From assembly GCA_963726245.1 (NCBI GenBank), contig CAVSBT010000037.1, positions 1 through 64,000 on the forward strand: DNA of 64,000 nucleotides. Reading direction: 5' to 3'. The position numbers and the translations under genes are program-made. The notes under the pieces were generated by a model. That model ran no database searches. It was given only the letters and a program-made list of their open reading frames with translations, and had not been told where the DNA came from. This DNA comes from an uncultured Chloroflexia bacterium. GTDB lineage: Bacteria; Chloroflexota; Dehalococcoidia; DSTF01; JALHUB01. Each line of letters opens with the position of its first letter. Positions within the stretch are counted from its first letter, which is position 1. Shown here one piece after another: positions 53,654 through 64,000 of the stretch.

Positions 53654-55937
53654 ATGGACCTCAATCGGCTGGAGTCCCGCGGCCGCTGGCTGCGGCGGGG
53701 ATTCCTCCTGTTGTTTCTGGGCCTGGCCCTGGCCGGCGGGGTCTACCTCTGGCGGTCCAAGTTTGGCGGCGGGGAGCAGCAGAGCACCCAGTTTGAGGCT
53801 GTCCCGGTAGCCAAGGGGCTCATTCGCGCTACCATCGCTACCTCCGGCACCGCCGAAGCGAACGACGACACCGACCTTCGTTTCGCGACCATTGGCCGCG
53901 TCAACCAGATCCTGGTGACCCTCGGTCAGCAGGTGAAAAGCGGCGACGCTCTCGCCGTGCTGGAATCGGGCGACCTCAAGGACCGCCTGGCTTCCGCCCA
54001 AGCCAACGCGGCGGTGGCGCGGATTCGCCTCCGTCAGCTCCTCAAGGGCGCCGATGAGTCTGACCTCCTGGCCGCCGACCAGGCCATCGCGACCGCCCAG
54101 ACAACCCTCAGCAAGGGCCAGGACGACCTCAGCGAACTCCTGAAGGGCGCCTCGGAGGCGGACCTGGCGGCCGCCGAACAGGCCGTGGCGCTGGCCCAAT
54201 CAAACGTGGACGCCGCCGAGGCGAAGCAGAAAGCCCTGGTTGACACTCCCTCAGCAGCCATCCTGGCCGCGGCCCAGGCAGGCTTGACCAGCGCCCAGGC
54301 GGCCCAAGCCAAGGCCCAGAATGACCTCGACACGCTGCTGGAAGGGGCCTCCGACGCGAACATCGCCACCGCCCAGCAGGCCGTAGCCTCGGCACAGGCA
54401 GCGCTGGATGCGGCCAACGCCAAGCTCGCCGCGCTCCAGGACGCCCCCTCCAACGCGGACAAGGCGGCAGCTCAAGCGGCCGTCACCGCCGCCCAGGCCA
54501 ACGTCAACACCGCCAGCAACCTCGTGGACAGCGCTGAGGCTGGCCTGAACTCCGCGGAGGCGGTCCTGCGAGCGGCCGGCACCGCCTACTGCAGCGGCGC
54601 CAGCCACCCTCTACGTGGTCCTCCCTGTGTAGTCCGGTTCCTCCTTCTCCTCCTCCCTGCCCATCAGTCAGTCGCACATCAACGATCTGCTGGACGACCA
54701 GGGCGACAACCCCGCAGACGCCGGGTTGATATCGACGCTGGTGCAGGCGAACAGCGCCTACATCGCGGCCCAGAACACCGCCGACAGCGCTGAGTCTAGC
54801 CTCCAATCGGCGCAGGCCGGGCTGACCGCGGCCCAGGCGAAGCTGGACTCGCTGGGCACCATACCAACGTCTGAGGATACCCAGGCCGCCCAGGCCGCGG
54901 TCACGGCCGCCCAGCAAGGCGTGGCGGCGGCGAACGCGAACCTGGCGGAGCTTCAGAAGGCGGCGGACCCCGAGACGGTGCAGGTGGCGCGAGACGCCGT
55001 GGCCGCCGCCGCCGCCAACGTTACGGCGGCTCAGGCGCAGCTCAACAATCTGGCGCCGTCCACAGAGGACCTGACCGCGGCGCAAGCCGCCGTCGACGCC
55101 GCCAACGAGAGCCTCACGGCGGCGCAGGCGAAGCTGGAGGACACGCAGAAGGGCCCGGACGCCGAGGCCATACAGGCCGGAGAGGATGCGGTTCGCGCCG
55201 CTGAGGCTGCCATGAACGCCTCCATAGCCAAGCGCGACAAGCTCATCGAGGGCGCCGAGCCCGAGGACATCGACCTCGCGACGGAGAACGTCCACCTGGC
55301 CGACATCGCCGTCAGCCAGGCCCAGAGAGCCGTCGACGAGGCTACGCTCAAGGCCCCCTACGACGGCTCGGTGTCCGCCGTTGACGTCCAGGTCGGCGAT
55401 TTCGTCTCATCTCAGTCGCCCGCCATCACCATGCTGACGCCGGGGGCCCTCAAGCTGACCCTCTCCGTGGGCGAGACAGACCTGCCCAGCCTGAACGTGG
55501 GCATGGTGGGCCTCGTGAACTTCGACGCCCTTACGAACCACCCCTTCCCGGTAGTGGTCACACGCATTGGTCTGGGGCCCAAGGTGTCGCAGGGCGTCGT
55601 CACGTACGCCGTGGAGTGCGCCATATCCGGCGTTGGGGACACACCGGACGCGCGGCCGGTGCCGGGGATGAACGGCACGGCCATCATTGTCACCGAGCAG
55701 CACCAGGATGTGGTGGTGGTACCCAACCGCGCCATCCGCCGTCGCGGTGACGCGGTCGTGGTGGACGTAATGGTCAACGGCAAGGTGGAGACCCGCACCA
55801 TCACGACGGGCCTCAGCGACACCGATAACACAGAGGTGCTGTCAGGGCTGGCCGAGGGAGACCTACTGGCCCTGCCCTCCACCACGGCGGGGACTGCGAC
55901 AAAGACACCGGAGGTCCTGCCGGAAGGGATCAAGTAG
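53654..55937 (+). CDS. MacA-like efflux adaptor with a greatly extended coiled-coil hairpin (frameshift(s) 54605-54655)
   Basis: N-terminal TM, GRV..I.V..GQ.VK.GD.L lipoyl half, LKAPYDG.V second half, and PGM..VP..AI..GL C-terminus. Confidence 0.88.
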
Positions 55938-55939
55938 CC

Positions 55940-56653
55940 ATGGCGATGATCCGGCTGCACGAGATCAGCAAGGTCTACCAGCTCGGGTCCATGACCGTGC
56001 AGGCTCTCCGGCCGCTGGACTTGGAGGTGGAGCGCGGCGAGTTCGTCGCCATCATGGGCCCGTCGGGATCGGGCAAGTCCACCCTCATGAACATCCTGGG
56101 CTGCCTGGACAAGCCCAGCAGCGGCCTCTACGAGCTGGACGGCCTGCCGGTCAGCTCCTACGGCGAAGACCGCCTGGCCGAGGTGCGGAACCGTCGCATA
56201 GGGTTCGTCTTCCAGAGCTTCAACCTGCTTCCGCGCACGCCCGCTCTCGCGCAGGTCGAGCTACCCCTCGCCTACCGGGGCATCCCCCGGCGAAGACAGC
56301 TTGCCGCCGAGGCCCTGTGTGAGCTGGGCCTGGCCGAGCGCATGCACCACCGGCCGACGGAGCTATCGGGCGGCCAGCAGCAGCGGGTGGCCATCGCGCG
56401 CGCCCTGGTGAGCAACCCGTCCCTCATCCTGGCCGACGAACCCACCGGCGCCCTCGATACCGCCACCAGCCACGAGATCATGGAGATCTTCCGCCGCGTC
56501 AACGAGGAGCGCGGCATGACGGTCCTCCTGGTTACCCACGAGAGCGAGATTGCGGCGTATGCCCGACGCACGATTCGGCTGCGCGACGGCGTCATAGAGA
56601 GCGACCAGCGCAACGGCTCGCGGCCCGTGCCCAGCCCGGGGGTTACGCCGTGA
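55940..56653 (+). CDS. ABC transporter ATP-binding protein (MacB/LolD-like)
   Basis: [23 protein letters not shown] and ADEPTGALD. Confidence 0.97.
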   Translation: MAMIRLHEISKVYQLGSMTVQALRPLDLEVERGEFVAIMGPSGSGKSTLMNILGCLDKPSSGLYELDGLPVSSYGEDRLAEVRNRRIGFVFQSFNLLPRTPALAQVELPLAYRGIPRRRQLAAEALCELGLAERMHHRPTELSGGQQQRVAIARALVSNPSLILADEPTGALDTATSHEIMEIFRRVNEERGMTVLLVTHESEIAAYARRTIRLRDGVIESDQRNGSRPVPSPGVTP

Positions 56654-57906
56654 ACATCTTCGACACGATGGGCACGGCCCTCCAGGCGCTCACGGCCAAC
56701 AAGCTGCGCTCATGCCTCACCATGCTGGGCATCGTCATAGGAGTGGGCGCCGTCATCGCGCTGATGGCGGTGGGACAGGGAGCGCAGAGGGACATCACCG
56801 GGCGCATACAGGGGCTGGGCACCAACCTCCTCTTCGTCAAGCCAATCCAGGTCAAGATGGGTGGGGGCCTCCAGGGCGAAGCAATCACCCTGGTCGACAC
56901 CGACGCCGACGCCATCAACGACCCGGACCGCTTCCCTTACGTCGACAGCGTTGCCTCCCAGACGATAACCTTCCAGGCCTCACTGAACTACCAGGGGCAG
57001 AGTGTCATCGCCCCCGGCCTGGGCGTGAGCCCACAATACGCGTACGTGCGGGAGTTCTACCTGAGCAGCGGGAGCTTCATCTCCGATGCCGACATCGTGC
57101 GTAAGGGGCTGGTAATGGTGCTGGGGAGCCGCACAAAGGAGCTGCTCTTCGGCGACACGGACCCGGTGGGCAAGACGGTACGACTAGCGGTGGGACCCAG
57201 CGCGCTTGGCCTCAACTTCATCTTCCGCGTCGTCGGCGTCATGGAGCCCAGAGGCGCCAGCGGCAACGGCGACGAGGACGACCAGTTCTACCTGCCCCTG
57301 CCGACCATGCAGGCCCGAATACCGTTCCTGCGCAATCCCCAGGGTCTCAGCAACATCGCTCAGATCAACGTGCGCATCAAGGACCGGAAGTACTTCGACC
57401 AGGCCAAGCAGGAGATCGGCCAACTGCTCCTCGACCGCCACGGTCAGGAGGACTTCATCATCCGCAGCCAGTCCGACCTTGTCTCCACCGTCGGCGAAGT
57501 CTCCCAGACGCTCACCATCCTCCTGGGGAGCATCGCCGGCATCTCCCTGGTGGTGGGCGGAATCGGCATCATGAACATCATGCTGGTGTCGGTGACGGAG
57601 CGAACGCGGGAGATCGGCATCCGCAAGGCGGTGGGCGCCCGCCGGCGGGACATCATGACGCAGTTCATGATCGAGGCGCTGACAGTGACCTTGCTCGGTG
57701 GAGCGGTAGGAATAATCCTGGGGATGGGAGCCGCGGAGTTGGCGAACGGCCGCACCGTCGGGGACCGCACGGTGAGCACCCTGGTGACGCCGTTCTCGGT
57801 GATAGTGGCCTTCGGCGTGTCGGCCGTGGTCGGCCTCTTCTTCGGGATCTACCCCGCCTTCAGCGCCTCGCGCCTCAACCCCATCGAAGCCCTCCACCAC
57901 GAGTAG
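56650..57906 (+). CDS. ABC transporter permease (MacB/FtsX-like)
   Basis: NKLRS.LTMLGIVIG, GGIGIMNIMLVSV.ERTREIG.RKA.GA and FG.YPA. Confidence 0.97.
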   Translation: MNIFDTMGTALQALTANKLRSCLTMLGIVIGVGAVIALMAVGQGAQRDITGRIQGLGTNLLFVKPIQVKMGGGLQGEAITLVDTDADAINDPDRFPYVDSVASQTITFQASLNYQGQSVIAPGLGVSPQYAYVREFYLSSGSFISDADIVRKGLVMVLGSRTKELLFGDTDPVGKTVRLAVGPSALGLNFIFRVVGVMEPRGASGNGDEDDQFYLPLPTMQARIPFLRNPQGLSNIAQINVRIKDRKYFDQAKQEIGQLLLDRHGQEDFIIRSQSDLVSTVGEVSQTLTILLGSIAGISLVVGGIGIMNIMLVSVTERTREIGIRKAVGARRRDIMTQFMIEALTVTLLGGAVGIILGMGAAELANGRTVGDRTVSTLVTPFSVIVAFGVSAVVGLFFGIYPAFSASRLNPIEALHHE

Positions 57907-57956
57907 CGGCGGGGCGCAGGTCACCCCCTCCTTCCACACCAAACTACCACCATGCC

Positions 57957-58520
57957 ATGAGCGTTAACGGCCGGCAGCCGATATCATCTACAGAGGCTGC
58001 AACGATGCCGGCAGAGAAGCGGGCCGCCAGGATCATGGCGTGGGCATTTGTGCTCGGCGCCCTGGTCGGGCTCGCCATCTTCGTCCTCTTCTACCGCCAG
58101 ACCGACGGCTGGGCGGAGAACACGACCAAACCGCCACAGGGTCAGTATGAGCCGGTGACGGCCAAGGCCCTGGAAACCTGGCCCTGGACCTACAAGGACA
58201 AGCTGGTCGTCATGACGGGCGACGTCCGCCAGGTGATCGACGTGCCGGGGTACATCGACCCGCTGGTCCAGGTCTCCGGCCGGCGGCTGTTAGGCGGGCT
58301 GCACTTTCAGCGGCAGGTGGTTCTCGGCTTCGAGGAGGAGCGACAGGTCATCGCCGCCATCGACTTCTCGACGCCGCCGGAGCTGCCCGCCAGGCTCACC
58401 GTTTCCGGCCGCGTGCGAGGGCCAAGGCCCGTCTCCAGCCCACTCGGCGATGAGCCCACACAGCCCGTCATCGAGGCCTACGAAATCTGCGCCGACGACG
58501 GCACCTGCTGGACACCCTAG
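57957..58520 (+). CDS. Hypothetical membrane-anchored protein (possible OB-fold)
   Basis: One TM; YKDKLVVMTG.V and LTVSGRVRG strands. Confidence 0.65.
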   Translation: MSVNGRQPISSTEAATMPAEKRAARIMAWAFVLGALVGLAIFVLFYRQTDGWAENTTKPPQGQYEPVTAKALETWPWTYKDKLVVMTGDVRQVIDVPGYIDPLVQVSGRRLLGGLHFQRQVVLGFEEERQVIAAIDFSTPPELPARLTVSGRVRGPRPVSSPLGDEPTQPVIEAYEICADDGTCWTP

Positions 58521-58646
58521 GCGCCAGTGCGCCCCGCAAAGGCCCGACACCGGGCTTGACAACCGACCTCACCGCTGCCAACCTATTGACCGGCCGGCGC
58601 CACGACCCTGGCCTTCGAGCGACCCCGGGTGGAGGAGGTGAGCGGA

Positions 58647-59836
58647 ATGCTACTGGAGCGGCGTGTCGGAAGGCGGCAGCTTTCTAGAAGCGGGGGTCGC
58701 CCTGGCGGCGGCCGCGGGCCTCGGCTTCACCTGCACTCCCCCTCTTCCCTGGCCGCCTGTCGCACAACGGGGCCGCGCGAACGGTGCCCGGCACCTGGCC
58801 TGGGTGTGGCAGTTCTCTCACGACGGCGCGCCGGAGCAGATCGCCTCCGCGCTCGCTCAGTACAACCTGGGGATCATGCTGAAGACGCACGACGGGACCG
58901 ACTGGATGTCGCGCTACGACCCGTCGGTTTGCGGCGTCTGGGGGCCGGAGCAGGTGGGCGTCCTGGCGGCCTACTACGAGGCGTACGGCGTTCCGTTCCA
59001 CGCCTGGTGCGTGGTCAAGGGGCTGGAGCCGGAGCGGGAAGCGGAGATGTGCGCGCAGGTCATCGCCGCCGGCGCGCGAAGCATCACCGTCGACCTCGAG
59101 CCGCACGCGGGCTTCTGGCAGGGCACGACCCAGGCCGCGGTCACCTTCGGGCGCGAGTTCCGAAAGCGGCAGCCAACGGCCATCCTCAACGTCTCCCTCG
59201 ACCCGCGGCCCTGGGTGATACCCAGGGTGCCGCTGACGGAGTTCTCGTCCTTCGCGCAGGGGTTCGTCCCCCAGAATCTACTGGGAGACGTTCAACTCGT
59301 CCGACAACGTGCAGCGCTTCCAGTCCAGCGGATACCCGCCGGGCAAGGACGGCATCACGCCGGAGTTCTTGCTTAGCGTCACTCGCAAGGTGCTCAGCCG
59401 TTACGGCCACCCGATTCAGCCCGCCGGGCAGGGCGCCTCCACCAACATGACGGCCTGGAACCACTTCCTGAACGCCGCCCGCGGGGCGGGTATTCTCACC
59501 GTCTCCGTCTGGCGCTACGGCGTGACGAGCGGCGACGTGTGGCGGCTGCTGAGCAAGTGGCCGTGGCAGCCCGGCCCCACGCCGTCTGCTGCCGCCCTTA
59601 GCAAGGGAGGCAACGCCAGAGTCGCCAGCACCGACTCCTGCCTGAACGTGCGCGAAACGGCTTCCACGAAGGCCTCCATCAAAGCCTGCCTGGCGGACGG
59701 AACCATCGTCCACGTCGTCGACGGGCCGGTGGCGTACGAGGGCTACCGCTGGTGGCTCATCGAGACGCAGGCGATGCGGGGATGGTCGGCCGAGGCGGGG
59801 CTGGACGGCGCCAAGTGGCTGGTCCCGTGGCCGTAG
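58647..59836 (+). CDS. Putative Tat-exported glycoside hydrolase-like protein with a C-terminal SH3 domain (frameshifts ~58680 and ~59275)
   Basis: RRQ/FL twin-arginine signal across a frameshift; K.HDG, HAW, VDLE and PQ barrel motifs; CLNVRE...GPV..EGYRWW..GW.AE SH3. Confidence 0.7.
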
Positions 59837-59977
59837 CCGCCGTTCAGACGGCCTGTTACAGAAGGCAGCGGCCAGTCTTTAGACCGGCTCAGGACGACCG
59901 TGTCTGGATTCGGCTCATGGAGACCTGCGAACCTACGAGCGGCACGTCGAGGCCCGGCCCAGAGAGGAGTTGTGCCC

Positions 59978-60517
59978 GTGGAGTGCCCGAAGTGTCACAA
60001 GCCCCTCGAGAGCGTCGCCATCGGCCGCGTCCGCGTCGAGCGCTGCGCGCAGTGTGGCGGCACCTGGTATGAGAAAGACCAACTGCGGGTGCTGAAGGAC
60101 AAGGAGTCGCAAGGCGACTACCGCTGGATTGACTTCGACCTGTGGAAGGACGTCGGCAAGTTCCGGGCGCGGCGGCAGCAGCGCTACTCCTGCCCCAGGG
60201 ACGGCCTGCCGATGACGACGGTCCATTACGGCGATGCGTCCATCGCGGTTGACCTATGTACTGAGTGCAAAGGCATCTGGCTGGACAAAGGGGAGTACGA
60301 CGGGATCGTCAGGTACCTGGAGAAGGTGGTGGATACGAGCTCCGTTGGGGATTACCTCGAAGACATGCGGGACGAGTTTGTCCAACTGGTCGAAGCTCGT
60401 GAGGCCCCATGGAGCGTGATGAAGGACCTATCCAAGATCCTCTACCTGCTCGAGCTCCGCTTTGTGGTGAACCACCCCGACCTGGCCCGCCTCACCTCGG
60501 CGTTCCCCAAGTTCTAG
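59978..60517 (+). CDS. zf-TFIIB domain protein (two Zn ribbons)
   Basis: CPKC..C..CGGTW and CPRD..C..CKGIWLDKGE. Confidence 0.88.
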   Translation: MECPKCHKPLESVAIGRVRVERCAQCGGTWYEKDQLRVLKDKESQGDYRWIDFDLWKDVGKFRARRQQRYSCPRDGLPMTTVHYGDASIAVDLCTECKGIWLDKGEYDGIVRYLEKVVDTSSVGDYLEDMRDEFVQLVEAREAPWSVMKDLSKILYLLELRFVVNHPDLARLTSAFPKF

Positions 60518-60522
60518 GCTGG

Positions 60523-60650
60523 CCGCTCGCCCTTCGACAGGCTCAGGGTGAGCGGGGTGTGGGTCCGCTCGTGGTGAGCCTGTCGAACCATGAGCGGACG
60601 GCCCGCCCTTCGACCCTTCGGCATCGCTCAGGGCAGGCAGGCTCAGGGTG
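60523..60650. repeat. TTCGAC.GGCTCA-type repeat cluster with a nested copy
   Basis: Three units; the third is interrupted by CCCTTCGGCATCGCTCAGGGCAGG. Confidence 0.8.
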
Positions 60651-60700
60651 CCATTCTTCGACGCGCACCCCGGCGGGGCTGCGTGCCGTCGACTTGGGGA

Positions 60701-62256
60701 TCAGGGACTGCGAACAGCCGTCAAGTAGTCCTCGTCGAAGTCGCCGGTGCCGCGCTGACTCTCTAGCCACGTTGCGAAGGCTAGGACGAAGACGTCGAAC
60801 TCGATAAGGACTTGTCGTCGTTGGAGGCGGAGCCATACGTCGGCGGGAACAGGCTTGTCTTTGAGGATTGCGTCCTTCATGGCGTCGAGTTCTCGGAAGA
60901 CTTCTGCTGGGTTGGCTCCGAGGCGTATACGGCGGGCGTTGAGCGAGCGGGATTCGAGGAGTTCGAAGAGGGTGCCTTCGTTTTGGGCAAATGCCTGGAG
61001 GTCGACGCCGCTGATAGGAAGGACGAGTATGTTGGTCTTGCGGATGATCTTGGTGATTACCTTGAGGGCATCGTCGGCGTAGGTCGAGGTAGTGGCGAAG
61101 AGTATCGCATCATATCCGTCGAGCAAGGCTATGCCGAATTCGCGGAGTATGTGTTCGGAGCGGATGGACGCGTTGCCGTAGGCTTTGCACTGGACAAGCC
61201 AGCGTTGGTCGTAGCCGGGGCCGGTACGATCGGCGATGACGTCGACTTCGAATTCGGTGCGCTTACGAATCTGTATGTGGCGGAGACCCAGACGCCAGCA
61301 GATCTTTGCAGCAAGACCTCCAAGGTGCGAGCGCGCTGGTCCTTGGTTAGCAGCTTGTCCTTGAGCTGGTCGACGATTGATGCAAAGGTCTGGTCGAATA
61401 TGGCATCAGGGACGACGCCTGAGAGCGATAGATCAGTAGCAAAGCTTTCGAGCGCCGCTGCTTTCTCGGAGTCCAGTATGCGGTAGGGACTCTTCTTGTC
61501 TCCCTTCTTGCCGAGGAATTCAACGAGGCCGGCGTCGAGGAGCGGTTTGAGAATGGCGGGCATCTGATGGACATTGAGGAGGCGCCAGCGGAGAGCCTCA
61601 GCTAGCCCGCGGATCTCGCCAGCGGTGCCGGTGCCACCTAGTCGGACGAGAGCCTCGAAACAGTCACGGGTGTCCTGGGGGAAAGCTTCGAGGGTTTGAA
61701 CGTCGCCTAGCGCGACGCCGGTGATCCGGGTGAACTCGGCTTCGCCGAGTCGGTAGTTCTTGACGACTCCACCCCATTCGAGAAGGCTGTGGAGGGATGA
61801 GATGTTGTTCAGGTCGCGCCATTCTTCAATGCCGTACTTGCCTGCCAGGTAGTTGGCTACCTCCTGTCTCGTGGGCCGTTTGCCAGGTTGTCCGAGGGTG
61901 TGCAGGGCACGAGCAAATTGCCACCCGGCATGGTTGAGGAGGACTTCCTTGGTGAGAGCGTCCCGGAATCCGTTCGGGTCTTTCCTGAGCGCATAGAGGG
62001 CTCGTCCGAAGTGGGTGAGCCGTCCATCGGCGGTGAGAATGCCGAGGTTCTCGGGTCCAAGGCTTGCGATGGTGTTGGCCGAAATGGAGTGAGTAGAGAA
62101 GCCCTTGCGGATGCCGGCCTTCTTCCAGGATCGGAAAATGGCCGTTGCAAGCTTAGCGCGGTCACCCTGGTGGCGATGGGCAAGGCGCACCAACTGAGGA
62201 AGGTCGTCGATTTTGGGGTTGAGGTCGCGTATGAACGGGAGGACTCTTGTGCCCAA
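60701..62256 (-). CDS. Putative restriction endonuclease with an Mrr-like PD-(D/E/Q)xK domain (frameshift ~61310)
   Basis: After the frameshift: TLE...EVDVIA....WLVQCK, continuous with the 60701-61126 ORF. Helical N-terminus; coupled to a methyltransferase. Confidence 0.75.
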
Positions 62257-62276
62257 GATTCACCCCCTTCGAACAG

Positions 62277-63422
62277 CTAACCAGGCTTCCGCATCACGAT
62301 GAGGTGTTCGTTGGCCATGTGTCGCCGGTAGTCTCCGCGAACCATTTTCGATTCGTCAATGACCGGGCACAGTATGTTGGTGTCGAAGGTGAAGCCTGCC
62401 TGTTCGGCCATCTTGGCTACATCAGCCGACGAGAAGTGGCTGTTCGTGCCGTAGAGGATTGCCAGGACCCGTCGGGGCTTCAGCACGCGGTACATTTCCC
62501 GGAAGGAATCTGTGAGGTCAGCAGCGAAGTCCTTGGATGTCTCGAGCGGCTTCTTGGGCCTGTGAAGTTGAAGAAACTCGAGGTGTAGCCGATAGATTGA
62601 GGCGTACTTCGAGCCAGTGCCGTACGGGGGGGAGGTGAAGATGAAATGGAGGCTGTGGTCGGGCAATATGTCGGCCATGTCGCGGTTGTCCCGGGTGTAG
62701 ATTTCGACGTGGGGTGGCGGGCTAGGCAGCTGTTCGAGGAAGTGCCTCTCGCGGGTAGCCATGTCGAGCAATCGAGCTTGGAAGCGAGAAACGGCGTTGG
62801 GGAGCGGCTTGCCAGGTTTGATGTGAAGGTGGGCCTCCATGTTTCCCGCCCTGGAGGCCATGCGGACGATGCTGGAAAAGGCGACTTTGAGGAAGTCCAG
62901 GCGGTCGGGGTTGGGCTCGTCAGCGATACAGGAGAGAATGGCGGCGAATTGACGCTGGGTCTCCTCTGGGAACCAGTAGTCGATGTTGACGACGGGAGGA
63001 AGAACCGACTGAGGGTTGGAGATTGTTGTGACGGTGAGGCCAATGCGTTCGGCGAGGGCTCGGGCCTCGGCGAGTGAGTACTGGACGGGTGTTGTCTTGA
63101 CCTTCGAAACCAGGGTGGCAATGGGGAGGATATCGACGCCGACAGAGTGACGCCCTGTAAGCATGGCTTCCACGAGGGTGACTCCGGCGCCGCAGAACGG
63201 ATTGCCGACGGTTTCGCCGGGCTCAGTGAACCTCTCAATAGCCATTCTGGCAATGGGGGGCGGGCACATGGCGAAGTAGGGGTGGAAGCGGTGAACGGTG
63301 TGGTAGGCCTTGTTGTCTCTGACGACGACCCACTCCTCGTCGGGCTTCAGGTCGTCGTCAGCCACTTGGGACCAAGCCTGCGCGGCCTGGGTTTCGAACA
63401 GGGTTGTTTGCTTGCCGTCCAT
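62277..63422 (-). CDS. DNA amino-methyltransferase (probable N4-cytosine)
   Basis: H.FHPY.A, motif I NPFCGAG, motif IV TSPPY and E.YRVLKP. Confidence 0.9.
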   Translation of the reverse strand: MDGKQTTLFETQAAQAWSQVADDDLKPDEEWVVVRDNKAYHTVHRFHPYFAMCPPPIARMAIERFTEPGETVGNPFCGAGVTLVEAMLTGRHSVGVDILPIATLVSKVKTTPVQYSLAEARALAERIGLTVTTISNPQSVLPPVVNIDYWFPEETQRQFAAILSCIADEPNPDRLDFLKVAFSSIVRMASRAGNMEAHLHIKPGKPLPNAVSRFQARLLDMATRERHFLEQLPSPPPHVEIYTRDNRDMADILPDHSLHFIFTSPPYGTGSKYASIYRLHLEFLQLHRPKKPLETSKDFAADLTDSFREMYRVLKPRRVLAILYGTNSHFSSADVAKMAEQAGFTFDTNILCPVIDESKMVRGDYRRHMANEHLIVMRKPG

Positions 63423-63526
63423 CGGACTCGATTTTAGTCGATAGTCACGTGGTGCGACAGGGGGTGGGCGACGCGGAATCTGAGCCTGCCCGTCCGCTTG
63501 GGCGGCACTCGCCGCCTCTCCAGCCC

Positions 63527-64000
63527 CTAACCGGCGGCGGCGGCCTCCTCTCGAAGGCGGAGCTCCTCCTGGCACGCCACCGGCCCTCGACGCAGCAGAG
63601 CCGCCAGGCACTTGGCGCAGCTCAGGCACTTCGACGGCGACGTGTCGCCGCGCTGCCAGCGGGCGATGAGGTCCGGCTCGCGGATCAGCGGCCTGCACAT
63701 CGATATCATGTCGGCCTCGCCGTTGCTGAGGATCGCCTCGGCCATCGAGAGGCTGCGGATGCCGCCCACAAGCATGACCGGAATATCGACGGCGCGCTTG
63801 GCCTCGGCGCTGTCCGCGCGGAAGTAGGCCTCGCTCCTCGTCCTCCGGCTTCCTCACCCGGGCGGCCCTCATGGCCTGCCCGGCGCTCACCTCCACGGCG
63901 GAGAGGCCCTCGGCGGCCAGCGCCTTCAGCGCCTCCAGCCCCTCGCTCAGCGGAAGCCCGCCGTCGCCGTGATCCTGGAGGCCTATCTTCATCCATACGG
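63527..64000 (-). CDS. NADH:flavin oxidoreductase (OYE family), C-terminal part, 5' truncated by the window
   Basis: IK......GG, EVSAG, LVGGIRS, ADMISMCRPLIREP and C.SC..C; frameshift ~63830. Confidence 0.88.

Noticed and set aside
62277-63992. 571-aa oxidoreductase-methyltransferase fusion
   Set aside because: The upstream part is an out-of-frame read of the OYE gene after a frameshift; the methyltransferase starts near 63422.

Overview
High-GC bacterial chromosomal window. The 16S rRNA signatures and gene content suggest Chloroflexota, probably Dehalococcoidia-like (inference). Many otherwise intact genes carry single-base frameshifts, most likely long-read assembly errors. In order, the window holds: 16S rRNA with its promoter and processing stem; tilS and ftsB; a split methylmalonyl-CoA mutase operon; a 7-PAS/LuxR regulator plus three atypical orphan response regulators and a degenerate GGDEF protein; fabH, pyk and a thiolase; a trehalose operon under a c-di-AMP (ydaO-type) riboswitch; fbp-rdgB-moaA-(pseudogene)-moaC; catabolic and envelope enzymes; a DUF134/Zn-ribbon/His-Cys-repeat/NifX operon with a palindromic operator; a MacAB-like exporter with a very long adaptor; and a methyltransferase plus Mrr-like nuclease pair. 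The most unusual signal is a dense set of short palindromic repeats. One of these, a ~20-21 bp CCnGCC..GGCAGG mini-palindrome, appears inserted in frame in two enzymes and nested inside another repeat, with empty and filled sites both visible in the window.
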